The notes beneath the pieces were generated by a model that had not been told where the DNA came from, ran no database searches, and saw only the letters and a list, made by a program, of their open reading frames with translations. This document shows positions 10,815 through 20,802 of a DNA stretch of 64,000 nt, in pieces. The position numbers and the translations under genes are program-made. Every line of letters starts with the position of its first letter. Within the stretch, counting starts at the first letter, position 1. The stretch is from Thermoanaerobaculia bacterium (lineage in GTDB: Bacteria; Acidobacteriota; Thermoanaerobaculia; Multivoradales; UBA5704): assembly GCA_044226625.1 (NCBI GenBank), contig JBGAGQ010000014.1, forward strand, positions 32,001-96,000. Direction: 5' to 3'.

Positions 10815-12041
10815 ATGCGCCGTTCGATCCCGCTCTTAGCGATGCTGTTCGCCGCCGTTCCCGTCCTGGGGATTCAGGGCCTTCCGGCCTATCTCACGTT
10901 TCCTCCTGGCGTGGTCCTCTACGACACGGGAAGCCTGACCGTCGAGGACGTCGCGGAGGCGGAATTTCCTGTCGCGGAGGGCAAGACGGTCACGCAGAAA
11001 GGGAAGCACTACCGAACGTACCTCAAATTCGGCCCGGAGGACCTCTATCGCCCGGCCGCACGGACCTGGAAGGAGTGGCAGCCCGCGCTCGTCGCCTCGG
11101 GCTGGGTCGTCAAAGGCACCGATGGAGGGACGGGCTATACCCTGGTGCGGAAAGCGGGGGCGGTCGAAAGTTGGCTCAAGGTCGCGCTCGGCGACTACGA
11201 CAGCCCGTTGATCGAGCTGATCGAGAAGGGCGGTGCGGCCGCGATGGTCACCCTCGTCGCGCCCAGACCGCAGCCGGAGAAAATCGGCCCGAAAGACGAC
11301 TTCCCGTACTTCGGCCGACCGGCGGGTGCGGAGATCTCCGGTACGTCGAACGTCAACGAGCCGTTGAACGTCACGGTCGGCGGGATCGATCGAGAGACGA
11401 TGTTGGTGGGGTCGGGGTACGTTGTCAAGACGTACACGCCCCCCGCGTCGCTCTCGCGATTCGAGTTCGAATCGACCTATCGCGAGGCGCTCTCCAAGGC
11501 GGGCTGGACCGTCAAGCCGATCACCCCGGGGACGAAGATCGGCGACGGCGGGGAGATCGTCGCTCACTACGTGGAGAACGGGCGCAACCTCTGGCTGACC
11601 GCGGGGCGCGGTGCGGACAACGGCAATACGGGTCTCGCCGTCAAGGTCGCCGACCTCGGCGCGGAGGATTGGGGCAAGCGCCTCGACACCGGCTGCCGGC
11701 TCACGCTTTCAGGGGTCACCTTCGACTTCAACAAGGACACCCTGCGCCCGGACTCGATCGCTCTGCTCGAAAAGGCGAAAGAGGTCCTCGCGGCGCGCCC
11801 GGCGCTATCGGTCGAAGTTCAAGGGCACACCGACAACGTCGGCGGCGACGAGGCGAATCAGAAGCTTTCGGCCGCCCGCGCGGAAGCCGTTCGAAAGTGG
11901 CTCGTGGCGCACGGGATCGACGCCGCGCGCCTTTCGGCCCGGGGGTACGGCAAGACCGCTCCGATCGCCGACAACGGAACGGACGCCGGCCGGGCGAAGA
12001 ACCGCCGGGTCGACCTCGTTCGCGCCGGATGCAAGGGGTGA
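10815..12041 (+). CDS. Exported OmpA C-terminal (peptidoglycan-binding) domain protein
   Basis: Signal peptide; GVTFDFNK, VQGHTDNVG, NQKLSAARAEAV, GYGKTAPIADN, KNRRVD. Confidence 0.9.
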   Translation: MRRSIPLLAMLFAAVPVLGIQGLPAYLTFPPGVVLYDTGSLTVEDVAEAEFPVAEGKTVTQKGKHYRTYLKFGPEDLYRPAARTWKEWQPALVASGWVVKGTDGGTGYTLVRKAGAVESWLKVALGDYDSPLIELIEKGGAAAMVTLVAPRPQPEKIGPKDDFPYFGRPAGAEISGTSNVNEPLNVTVGGIDRETMLVGSGYVVKTYTPPASLSRFEFESTYREALSKAGWTVKPITPGTKIGDGGEIVAHYVENGRNLWLTAGRGADNGNTGLAVKVADLGAEDWGKRLDTGCRLTLSGVTFDFNKDTLRPDSIALLEKAKEVLAARPALSVEVQGHTDNVGGDEANQKLSAARAEAVRKWLVAHGIDAARLSARGYGKTAPIADNGTDAGRAKNRRVDLVRAGCKG

Positions 12042-12048
12042 AGCGGGC

Positions 12049-13674
12049 CTACCGCCCCTCGATCGCGAGCGCCACCGCCTCGGCGACCCGGATTCCGTCG
12101 ATCGCCGCGGAGAGGATGCCGCCCGCGAAGCCCGCCCCCTCGCCCGCCGGATAGAGGCCCGGTGTGCCGCGGCTCTGATAATCCTCGCCGCGGGGGATCC
12201 GGATGGGTGAGGAGGTGCGGGTCTCGACCCCCGTGAGCAGCGCGTCGGGCATCGCGAAACCACGGATCGTCCGGTCGAACGCAGGGAGCGCCTCGCGGAT
12301 TGCCTCGATCGCGAACCCCGGGAGGCTTGCCGAGAGGTCGCCGAGCCGGACCCCCGGGCGGTACGAGGGAAGGACCGAGCCGAAGCTCGTGGACGTGGCG
12401 CCGGACAGGAAATCCCCCAGAAGCTGGCCGGGGGCCTCGTAACCCCGTCCGCCGAGGTCGAAAGCGGTCTCCTCCCACCGGCGCTGGAAATCGACGCCGG
12501 CGAGCGGCCCGTCGGGATAGTCCACGGGGTCGATGCCCACCACGATCCCCGCGTTGGCGTTCGGCTCCGCCCGGTTGTACTGGCTCATACCGTTGGTCAC
12601 GACCCGGCCGGTCTCCGACGCGGCGGCGACCACCGTTCCCCCCGGGCACATGCAGAAGCTGTAGACCGAGCGGCCGTTCTTCGCGTGGTGGACTAGCTTG
12701 TAATCGGCCGCCCCGAGGATCGGGTGCCCCGCTTGCGGACCGTAGCGGCAGCGGTCGATCAACGACTGGGGGTGCTCGATCCGGAAGCCCACGGAGAACG
12801 GCTTCGCCTCGATCTCGATCCCTCGGTCGTGGAGCATTCGGAACGTGTCGCGAGCGCTGTGGCCGACCGCGAGGACGAGCCGGTCGGTCTCGATCTCCTC
12901 GCCTGAGGCGAGCCGCACGCCGCGCACCTTTTTCGGCCGGCCCGCCTCTCCCTCGTCGAGCAGCAGGTCTTCGACGCGGGATCGGAAGCGGATCTCGCCG
13001 CCCAGCGATTCGATCTTCGCCCGCAGGCTCTCGACCACCTTGACCAGGCGGAACGTGCCGATGTGCGGTTTCGCGACGTAGAGGATCTCCTCCGGCGCGC
13101 CGGCCGCGACGAACTCCTCCACCACCTTCCGCCCGCGGTGCCCCGGGTCCTTCACTTGGCTATATAGCTTGCCGTCCGAGAACGTGCCCGCCCCGCCCTC
13201 GCCGAACTGGACGTTCGATTCCGGATCGAGGCGGCCGCGGCGCCAGAACCCGAACGTGTCGACGGTCCGCTCGCGGACCTGTTTTCCCCGTTCGAGCAGG
13301 AGAGGCCGAAAGCCCATCTCGGCGAGCAGCAGCCCTGCGAACAGCCCGCACGGCCCGGTGCCTATGACGATGGGGCGCAGATCCGGGGTGCGGGTCGCGC
13401 GCACGGGAAATCGATAGGTCGTGTCCGGCCGCGGGCCGATCTTTCCGTCGGGCCGCCGGCCGGCGCGGGCAAGGATTTCCGCCTCGCGCGGGCTTTCGAC
13501 GTCGAGTTGGTAGATGAGCGCGATCTTCCCGCGCACTCGGGCGTCGAAGCTCCGCTTGGCGACGTGGAGCGCGACGAGGTCGTCGCGGCCGATCCGCAGC
13601 TCCCGGAGCGCGGCGGCGCGCAGGTCGGCCTCGGTGTGGTCGAGCGGGAGCTTGATCTCGGAGAGGCGAATCAT
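12049..13674 (-). CDS. FAD-dependent oxidoreductase (COG2509-like)
   Basis: IGTGPCG, SNVQFGEGGAGTFSDGKL, KPHIGT, YSFCMCPGG, GVETRTSSP, GEGAGFAGGILSAA. Confidence 0.92.
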   Translation of the reverse strand: MIRLSEIKLPLDHTEADLRAAALRELRIGRDDLVALHVAKRSFDARVRGKIALIYQLDVESPREAEILARAGRRPDGKIGPRPDTTYRFPVRATRTPDLRPIVIGTGPCGLFAGLLLAEMGFRPLLLERGKQVRERTVDTFGFWRRGRLDPESNVQFGEGGAGTFSDGKLYSQVKDPGHRGRKVVEEFVAAGAPEEILYVAKPHIGTFRLVKVVESLRAKIESLGGEIRFRSRVEDLLLDEGEAGRPKKVRGVRLASGEEIETDRLVLAVGHSARDTFRMLHDRGIEIEAKPFSVGFRIEHPQSLIDRCRYGPQAGHPILGAADYKLVHHAKNGRSVYSFCMCPGGTVVAAASETGRVVTNGMSQYNRAEPNANAGIVVGIDPVDYPDGPLAGVDFQRRWEETAFDLGGRGYEAPGQLLGDFLSGATSTSFGSVLPSYRPGVRLGDLSASLPGFAIEAIREALPAFDRTIRGFAMPDALLTGVETRTSSPIRIPRGEDYQSRGTPGLYPAGEGAGFAGGILSAAIDGIRVAEAVALAIEGR

Positions 13675-13765
13675 GGGGGGCGTTCCGTTTCCGGCCGTGT
13701 CGCCGGCGGGCGGGAGAGCTTATCGCCGGTCGGTCGTTCTCGAGAGCGCCTAGGAGCCCCGAGGC

Positions 13766-13790
13766 GAAACCCGAACGACGGAAAGACGTA
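13766..13790 (+). promoter_or_regulatory. Putative ECF sigma promoter upstream of the DUF885 gene
   Basis: GAAAC-N16-CGTA, matching the SigW-type TGAAAC-N16-CGTA layout, about 47 nt before the ATG. Confidence 0.45.
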
Positions 13791-13836
13791 CATGCAAGGG
13801 CGCCCGATCTGGCGCTCGCCCTGCCTGGAGATTCTC

Positions 13837-15612
13837 ATGATCCGACGTTTGTTCGCCACCACCACCGTCTTCCTCGTCGCCAGCACGGCGTTCGCTTCGC
13901 CGGCCGATCTCGATACCCGCCGCAAGGCGCTCGACGCCCTGCTCGCGGAACAGTGGGAAGAGACCTTGAAGCTCAACCCGGAGTTCGCCTCGATCCTTGG
14001 CGACAAGCGCTACAACGACCGGCTGAGCGACCGTTCGCCCGCCGCGATCGACGACGGCTACCGCCGGGCCGAGGCGTGGAAGAAGCGGTTCGAGGCGATC
14101 GACACGACTGGCTTCCCGGAGCAGGAGGCGCTCAACAAGACGCTCATGCTGCGCGACCTCGACGAGTTGCTCGCGAACCGCAAGTTCAAGAACTGGGAGA
14201 TGCCGGTGACCCAGTTCTACGGCATCCACATCCAGGCGCCGTCGTTCGTCCAGTACCTGTCGTTCGAAACGGTGAAGGATTACGAGGACTACATCGCGCG
14301 CCTCGATCAGTTTCCGCGCGTGTTCGGCGAGACCACCGCCCTGATGCGTCAGGGGATGGCGGACCGGCTGATGCCGCCGAAAATCTTGCTCGAGAAGGTA
14401 GCAGTCCAAGCCCAAGGGATCGCCGGACAGAAGGCGGAGGAGACACCGTTCGCCCATCCCTTCGAGAAATTCCCCGAGGCGATCTCCGCGGTCGACCAGA
14501 AGCGACTGAAAGAGAAAGGGCTGGCCGCGATCCGCGGCAAGGTTCTGCCCGCCTACGTCAAGTTCACGGCCTTCGTGCGCGACGAGTACGTGCCCAAGGG
14601 GCGCAGGGAGCCGGGAGTTTGGGCTCTGCCGGACGGCGAGGCTCGCTACGCCGCCCTGGTCAAATCGTCGACGACGACCGACATGACCCCGGAGGCGATC
14701 CACCAGCTTGGCCTGTCGGAAGTCGCGCGGATCGAAGGGGAGATGCAGAAGATTGCCGTCCGCCTGGGCTACAAGGATTGGAAGGCGCTGAGCGCGGCTA
14801 TTGAGGCGAACCCGGAGCTGCACGCCCAGTCCGCCCAGCAGATCGTCGACCTCTACTCGAAGTACATCGCCCAGATGAACGAGAAGCTGCCGCAGCTCTT
14901 CGGCCTCCTGCCCAAGGCGAAGTGCATCGTCAAGCCGATCGAGCCGTTCCGCGAAAAGGACGCCTCGGGCGCCGAGTACAACCAGGGGACGCCGGACGGC
15001 TCACGCCCGGGCATCGTGATGGTGAACACCTACGAGTACGCGAAGCGGAAGACAATCAACATCGAGACGACCGCCTATCACGAAGGGGTTCCCGGCCATC
15101 ACATGCAGGTCTCGATCGCCCAGGAGCTCCCAGCGCTGCCGCCGTTCCGCCAGCAGGGGGGCAACGTCGCCTACGCCGAAGGCTGGGCGCTCTACTCGGA
15201 GGATCTCGGCGCGGAGGTCGGCTTCTTCCAGGATCCCTACAGCCTCTATGGCCACTACATGGACGAGATGCTGCGGGCGATCCGGCTAGTGGTCGACACG
15301 GGCTTCCACTACAAGCACTGGACCCGCGATCAGGTGGTCCAGTTCTTCCACGATCATTCCGGCATCGACGAGGTCGAGGTGCAGTCGGAAACCGACCGCT
15401 ACATCGCCGTGCCCAGCCAGGCACTCGGCTACAAGATCGGCCAGCTGAAGATCCGCGAGCTACGCGAGCGGGCGAAGCAGGCGCTCGGGCCGAAGTTCGA
15501 CATCCGAGCGTTCCACGATCAGGTCCTCGGCGCGGGCGCCCTGCCGCTCGACGTCCTTTCCAACCGGATCGACTCCTGGGTCGCGAGCGAGAAGGCGAGC
15601 GGCGGAAAGTAG
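13837..15612 (+). CDS. DUF885 family exported metallopeptidase-like protein
   Basis: Signal peptide from ATG 13837 (RBS GGAG); AYHEGVPGHHMQ, YAEGWALYSE, RLVVDTG, PSQALGYKIG. Confidence 0.92.
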   Translation: MIRRLFATTTVFLVASTAFASPADLDTRRKALDALLAEQWEETLKLNPEFASILGDKRYNDRLSDRSPAAIDDGYRRAEAWKKRFEAIDTTGFPEQEALNKTLMLRDLDELLANRKFKNWEMPVTQFYGIHIQAPSFVQYLSFETVKDYEDYIARLDQFPRVFGETTALMRQGMADRLMPPKILLEKVAVQAQGIAGQKAEETPFAHPFEKFPEAISAVDQKRLKEKGLAAIRGKVLPAYVKFTAFVRDEYVPKGRREPGVWALPDGEARYAALVKSSTTTDMTPEAIHQLGLSEVARIEGEMQKIAVRLGYKDWKALSAAIEANPELHAQSAQQIVDLYSKYIAQMNEKLPQLFGLLPKAKCIVKPIEPFREKDASGAEYNQGTPDGSRPGIVMVNTYEYAKRKTINIETTAYHEGVPGHHMQVSIAQELPALPPFRQQGGNVAYAEGWALYSEDLGAEVGFFQDPYSLYGHYMDEMLRAIRLVVDTGFHYKHWTRDQVVQFFHDHSGIDEVEVQSETDRYIAVPSQALGYKIGQLKIRELRERAKQALGPKFDIRAFHDQVLGAGALPLDVLSNRIDSWVASEKASGGK

Positions 15613-15614
15613 AG

Positions 15615-17576
15615 CTATCGGGGTGCCTGTTGCGGACGTTTCGGACGTTGCGCCGGCTCGGTTCCCCGCGGAAGCTCCAGGCGGAGCGCGAGACCGGCGC
15701 TCGACGCGCCTCCCTCGGCTTGCGCGAAGAGCCGGGCGCCGGGCAGCGACGGGTCCGGCGAGACTGATTGAATCGGCCGAACGTCCTGCTCGGGTGCGGC
15801 GACCCGGATTTCGACCGTCCGGCTCTCACCCGGCGCAAGCGGCAGGTCGGCGGGCGCTTCGAGGCACCACGACGACCGGCTCGCGCCGCAGCGGGGGAGC
15901 GCCGCGTTCGGACCGCCGAGCAACGAGAACGAGACGTTCGCCGGGCTCGACCCGGCGTTGTGTACCGTCACCTCGACGCGGCCTTCGCCACCCGGCGGCA
16001 GCGAAAGCTCCGAAGGGTGGATCGCTGCGATTTTGACCTCCGGCCGCAGGTTCACCCGTTCGAGATGCGTGCGGTAGCCGGGGACGATGTCGTACCAGGC
16101 GTCCCAGAGGGAGCCTTCGCAGCCGCCGAGGGTGGCTGTCAGAAATTCGACCGCGGCCTCGGTGAACAGCTCGAACTGCACCTGGGGATCGAGATGGGGC
16201 AGCTCGCGCGGCGCCCCCGTCGCGGGGTCGAGGTCGAACGAGAGGACCTTCTGGTTCGGCGGTCCGTCGCACAGCGCCTTCGACAGGCCGAGCGCCTGGT
16301 TGAATCCGCAGTGGAGCCCCTCGCGGATCACCAGGAACTGGCTCGGGCCGCCGTTCGCTTGAAAGACCTGCTCTGCCCCGTAGGGGGCTTCCCCGCCGTC
16401 GCAGTAACCGTACTCCCAGGACGTGCCGTTGCCGTCGGTGTCCCCTTCCTCCTGCTGGAAGCAGCCGGTCGGCAGGGAGGTCTGGATCGGTCGGCGCTTG
16501 AATCCACCCTGCGTTCCCTCGTCCTGCGCACCGAACGGCCGGGCGGCGCCGTCGTATTCGGCGGCGAGGACCCGCAACGGCTTGTCGACATGTCGCACGA
16601 GGTCGATCGGGTTGGCGAAGACCTGGCCACCGATCTCCGGCGTCCAGATTCGGAAGCCGGTCGGACAGCCCGCGGGTAGGGTGGTCCCGCTCGGGAGCGA
16701 GCACGAGCTCTCGGCGCCGGAGAAAAGCCCGCTCAGGTGGCAGCAGCGGTCCATTGCGTCGGTCGGCCGGGCCTGCCGCGCGCGGCCGTCCGGGCCGATC
16801 ACCGACTCCAGGCAGAGCGGTTGCTGCGGACATTGGCCCTGGTTCGTCGCGGCGGGCGCGGCGACCACCCCGGCCTTGATCCGGGGTTCGAGGCCGAGCA
16901 GTCGCACGGATTCGGTCGCCCCGCGCGAATGGCCGACGACGCCGATCCGGTCCAACGCGACGTGCCCCGCGAGCTTCGACGCCACGGGATCGTTCGGTAA
17001 GAGCCCGGCGTCGGCGCGCTCCAGCCAGCCGATTGCGGCGCGGGCCCGCTCGATCCAGATCGCCTCGTCCCCCGCCGTGCGGGCGAACGACGGGCAGCGC
17101 AGCGCGACGACCAGGAAGCCCTCGTGCGCGAGCCGCCGGAGGAGCCCCTCGTAGAGCAGGACGGGAGCGTTGTTGCCGTGGGAGAACAGGACGACCGGAA
17201 AACGTCCCGTAGGCAGATCGGATGAACCACGCTTGGTGGTCGGATAGATCACGACGGTACGGGCCGCACCCGCGGGCGCCGCGCACTCGGCCCCAGGCTC
17301 GAACAACCCGCCGAGCTTCGTGCAGCCGGAGGGTTCGGGCTTTATCGCTTCGATCGGTGACGGGACGGCCACCTTCGGCTCGTCGATCGCGACGTCCATC
17401 AGCCCTGACGTCGCGTCGTACGGCCGCGTCTCACAAGGCGACCGCGGTATCTCGATCTCGTGACGGCCTCCCCCCGCGCAGCCGAGGACCAAGCTGGTGA
17501 TACCGAACAGCGCGAGGGGGCGAACGATCGATGGCCTGTTGTGGGTCCTGCATCGGAGCGGAGGCGCCGGTTGCAC
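15615..17576 (-). CDS. Cys-rich alpha/beta-hydrolase lipoprotein (chlorophyllase/PAF-AH-like) with C-terminal Ig-like domain
   Basis: Lipobox LVLGC; FPVVLFSHG, GHSRG nucleophile elbow, candidate Asp (AEYDG) and His (GLHCGF); C-terminal VTVHNAG...LAPGESRTVEIRV. Confidence 0.75.
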   Translation of the reverse strand: MQPAPPLRCRTHNRPSIVRPLALFGITSLVLGCAGGGRHEIEIPRSPCETRPYDATSGLMDVAIDEPKVAVPSPIEAIKPEPSGCTKLGGLFEPGAECAAPAGAARTVVIYPTTKRGSSDLPTGRFPVVLFSHGNNAPVLLYEGLLRRLAHEGFLVVALRCPSFARTAGDEAIWIERARAAIGWLERADAGLLPNDPVASKLAGHVALDRIGVVGHSRGATESVRLLGLEPRIKAGVVAAPAATNQGQCPQQPLCLESVIGPDGRARQARPTDAMDRCCHLSGLFSGAESSCSLPSGTTLPAGCPTGFRIWTPEIGGQVFANPIDLVRHVDKPLRVLAAEYDGAARPFGAQDEGTQGGFKRRPIQTSLPTGCFQQEEGDTDGNGTSWEYGYCDGGEAPYGAEQVFQANGGPSQFLVIREGLHCGFNQALGLSKALCDGPPNQKVLSFDLDPATGAPRELPHLDPQVQFELFTEAAVEFLTATLGGCEGSLWDAWYDIVPGYRTHLERVNLRPEVKIAAIHPSELSLPPGGEGRVEVTVHNAGSSPANVSFSLLGGPNAALPRCGASRSSWCLEAPADLPLAPGESRTVEIRVAAPEQDVRPIQSVSPDPSLPGARLFAQAEGGASSAGLALRLELPRGTEPAQRPKRPQQAPR

Positions 17577-17612
17577 CGGCTGCCCCCGCTCCTTGGAGAG
17601 GGTCTTCGAGGC

Positions 17613-20606
17613 TTAGAACAGCACCCGCACGCCGATCTGCGCCTGGCGCGGCTCGCCCGCTCCGCTCTGGACCGTGCCGTCGAAGTTGAAGATCAGGCTG
17701 GTCACCTCGGGGCGTCGGAAGTTCGCGCTATTGAAGACGTTGAACACGTCGATCGCCGGCTGGATCGTCAGGTTGCCGACCTTGAAGTCGCGCGAGATCC
17801 GGAAGTCGAGCGCGTTGAACGCGTTGTCCTTCCGGCCCAGGTTCCGGCGCGTGACCGTGCCGTCCGGGTTGATCCGGTCCTGCGGCGTGTTGGCGTCGCG
17901 CCCGTCGCGGGTGATCGACTTCGGTTGCGCCGAGCGGTAGGAGTAACGGAAGTTGACGTCGAAACCGTGAGGGGCCTGCCAGAGCAGCCAGGCGTTCACC
18001 CGGTGGCGCTGGTCGCGGTCGGAGTAGGAGTACTCCTTCTCGAGGTTGGTGACCTTCGCGTAACGGAACGAGAACGGATCGCGCTCGTTGTCGTCGTCGG
18101 AGAGGTCGCGCGACCAGGTGTAGTAGACCTGGAACTGCGTGCCGTTCGACGGCTTCTTGGTGAGGCCCAAGGTGACCCCGTTGTAGAGGCTCTTCGCGCT
18201 CGACTGAACCACCGTGAGCGTGTTGATGCCGTTCGCGCCGCCCGGCGCCAGGCCGGTGCTCCAGGGCGAGCCGAGCAGGGGATCGTTGGCGTTGATGAAG
18301 CGCGTGATGTGCTCACCCTTGGCGTAGTTGTACTTGACCAGGACGCCCAGGGTCGCGCCGATCTCGCGCTCGTACGAGACGCTCGCCTGGGTCGTGCGCG
18401 GGTTCTTGAAATCCTTGTCGAAGACGAAGACGTCGGGCAGGAACGGCGCGCCGATCTCGGAGGCAGGGATCAGGTTCGGGTAGGCCGGAACCGGCCCGAG
18501 CACGCCGGTGAGCGCGCTGTTTCGGAAGATCGTTTGGCCGATGCTGCCGTTGGTCGATCGCGACGAGGCGAGAGAGAGCCCGGGGACCCGGGCGTAGAAG
18601 ATACCGCCGTTGACCCGTACGACCGACTTGCCGTCGTTGTTCGGATCCCAGGTGAGCCCGAGCCGCGGCTGCCACATCGAGTAGTCGCTCGGAATCTTCC
18701 CATCGGACGGGAAGGTCTGCGGTCCCGCCGCGGTCGTGACCGTCTTGCCGATGAACGGCGCGAAGAACACCTCGGACGGGGGCGTGCGCGGATCGGGCTG
18801 GATCTGCGCCTCCCAGCGGAGGCCCGCCTGGATCGTCAAGTTCGACCGCGGCTGCCACTTGTCCTGGAGGAAGGCGGCCGGCTCCTTCTGGCGGATCTTC
18901 TGCCGCCCCGACTCCTCGACCGTTCGGCCGCCGACGCCCGCCTGCTGGAGGTAGAGGAGGACCGGGCCGGTGATCGAGGTCCCCGGCGGGCAGACGCCGA
19001 CCTGCGAGGTCGAGCCGTCGGAACACTCGACGTAGTGCGAGTTCCGTACGTAATTGAGGAACCCGTCGGTCGAGCTGAAAATGAATCGGCCGTTGCCGAA
19101 GCCGACGAACGTCTGTGCCGAGACGACGTCGTTGTATTCGACGCCCAGCTTGATCGAATGATCTTTCCGGAGCAGCGAGAGGTTGTCGTTGAACTGATAC
19201 CGCTCGTCGTAGTACTCGACCGGGATGAAGAACGGCTCGCCGAAACGATAGTTCTTGCCGAAGTCGAACGCCGTGTCGGGGAGCGGCCGGTTCTGGCCGG
19301 TGACGTTCGGACCCTCGTACGGCCGCGGCCGGTTCTCTCGGGCGAACTGGAACCGTAGCTCATTCAAGAGCGAGGACGATACGGTCGAGATCAAGCTGCC
19401 GGTGAGCGAGCGGGAGTCGTCCTTTTCATTGGCGTTCGCGCTGCGCCCCCAGGAGTCGACGTCGAAGGTGCCGTTCTTCTGCTCGGACTTCGTGTAGTTC
19501 AGGCGGATCGTCGCGAGGTTCGACTCGGTGGCCTGCCAGTCGAGCTTGGCGAGGGCGACGAGCGCGTCGTTGGAGCGGTCGATCGGACCGTTTTCGTCCG
19601 GGCTTCCGAGGCTGGCGAGTACGGCGACCACGCGCGGATCGATTCGGTTCGGATCGGTCTGCTTGGTCGAATCCCCCTTCTGCGAATCGAGGGCGAGGAA
19701 GTAGAACAGGTTGTCCTTGCGCAGCGGTCCTCCGAGCGTGAAGCCGCCTTGCGTCTGCGTCGAATCGAATTTCTTCGCGCGCGTGCCGTCGGGATTTTCG
19801 GCGCGCGAGGAGAACGCGTCGTCCTTGTAGAACAGGTGAGCCGTTCCGCTTCGGACGTTGGTGCCCGACTTGGTGACGACGTTGACGAACCCGGAGGCCG
19901 AGCGGCCGAACTCTGCGTTCGCGCCGTCGGCCACCACCACGACCTCCTGGACCGCGTCGAGGTTGAAGGTGAACGCCGGCCGTTGGCCGCCACGCTGCTC
20001 GCCGAAGAACGGATTGTTGAAGTCCGCGCCGTCGACCGAGACGTTGTTGCTGATCCCCTTCTGGCCGTTGATCGAAAGCTCGTCGCCATCCGGCCCCTGG
20101 ACGATCGTGACGCCCGGGGTGAGCTTCGTGTAATCGAGGAAGTTGCGGCCGTTGTTCGGCAGGTTCTCGATCGAGGCGACGTCGATGCGCGTCGTCCCCT
20201 CGGTGCGCGTGGTCTCGACCACCGGCGCGTCGGCGGTGACCAGGATCTGGTCTTCGACCGCGGAAACCTTCATGTCGAAGGTCAGGCTCACGGTCTGGCC
20301 GACGGCGAGGTCGATTCCTTCGCGCACCAGGGTCGAAAAACCCTGGAGCGCCGCGGTGATTCGGTAGGGTCCGAGCGGCAGCAGCACGCCGCGGAAACGT
20401 CCGTCCTCGTCCGAAGAAGTCACCTTCTCGAAGTTGGTCGCCGTGTTTTGCAGCGTGACCGTAACCCCGGAAAGCGGCGCGCCGCTCTCGTCGGCGATCC
20501 GCCCTTCGATGACGCCCGTGGTGGCCTGCGATTGCGCGTAGACGCCGGTCGCGAGCGCGAGCAGCAGCGCAAGGCAGACGAGGGGCGCGCGGTGGATTTT
20601 GCGCAT
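17613..20606 (-). CDS. TonB-dependent receptor, Oar-like, with N-terminal carboxypeptidase-regulatory-like domain
   Basis: Signal peptide, LPNNGRNF plug, AEFGRSASGFVNVVTKSGTN, GLRWE, PRLG, terminal PRQAQIGVRVLF; RBS AGGAGG. Confidence 0.93.
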   Translation of the reverse strand: MRKIHRAPLVCLALLLALATGVYAQSQATTGVIEGRIADESGAPLSGVTVTLQNTATNFEKVTSSDEDGRFRGVLLPLGPYRITAALQGFSTLVREGIDLAVGQTVSLTFDMKVSAVEDQILVTADAPVVETTRTEGTTRIDVASIENLPNNGRNFLDYTKLTPGVTIVQGPDGDELSINGQKGISNNVSVDGADFNNPFFGEQRGGQRPAFTFNLDAVQEVVVVADGANAEFGRSASGFVNVVTKSGTNVRSGTAHLFYKDDAFSSRAENPDGTRAKKFDSTQTQGGFTLGGPLRKDNLFYFLALDSQKGDSTKQTDPNRIDPRVVAVLASLGSPDENGPIDRSNDALVALAKLDWQATESNLATIRLNYTKSEQKNGTFDVDSWGRSANANEKDDSRSLTGSLISTVSSSLLNELRFQFARENRPRPYEGPNVTGQNRPLPDTAFDFGKNYRFGEPFFIPVEYYDERYQFNDNLSLLRKDHSIKLGVEYNDVVSAQTFVGFGNGRFIFSSTDGFLNYVRNSHYVECSDGSTSQVGVCPPGTSITGPVLLYLQQAGVGGRTVEESGRQKIRQKEPAAFLQDKWQPRSNLTIQAGLRWEAQIQPDPRTPPSEVFFAPFIGKTVTTAAGPQTFPSDGKIPSDYSMWQPRLGLTWDPNNDGKSVVRVNGGIFYARVPGLSLASSRSTNGSIGQTIFRNSALTGVLGPVPAYPNLIPASEIGAPFLPDVFVFDKDFKNPRTTQASVSYEREIGATLGVLVKYNYAKGEHITRFINANDPLLGSPWSTGLAPGGANGINTLTVVQSSAKSLYNGVTLGLTKKPSNGTQFQVYYTWSRDLSDDDNERDPFSFRYAKVTNLEKEYSYSDRDQRHRVNAWLLWQAPHGFDVNFRYSYRSAQPKSITRDGRDANTPQDRINPDGTVTRRNLGRKDNAFNALDFRISRDFKVGNLTIQPAIDVFNVFNSANFRRPEVTSLIFNFDGTVQSGAGEPRQAQIGVRVLF

Positions 20607-20802
20607 CTCGAACCTCCTGGAATTTTAGGATCCGTCCAGACTCTGGCGCGGGATGTTGACAACAGTATGCCGGGGAGTCAACGGCCTTGGGACCTGGGGG
20701 GCCGGCGCGGTTAGGCCCTCCGGGCCGCCTCTCTTCCGTATCCGTACCGTGTGCCGGATCCTCTCACCACCGCGGATCGAACGGTACCGGGGTCGCCGGG
20801 GG

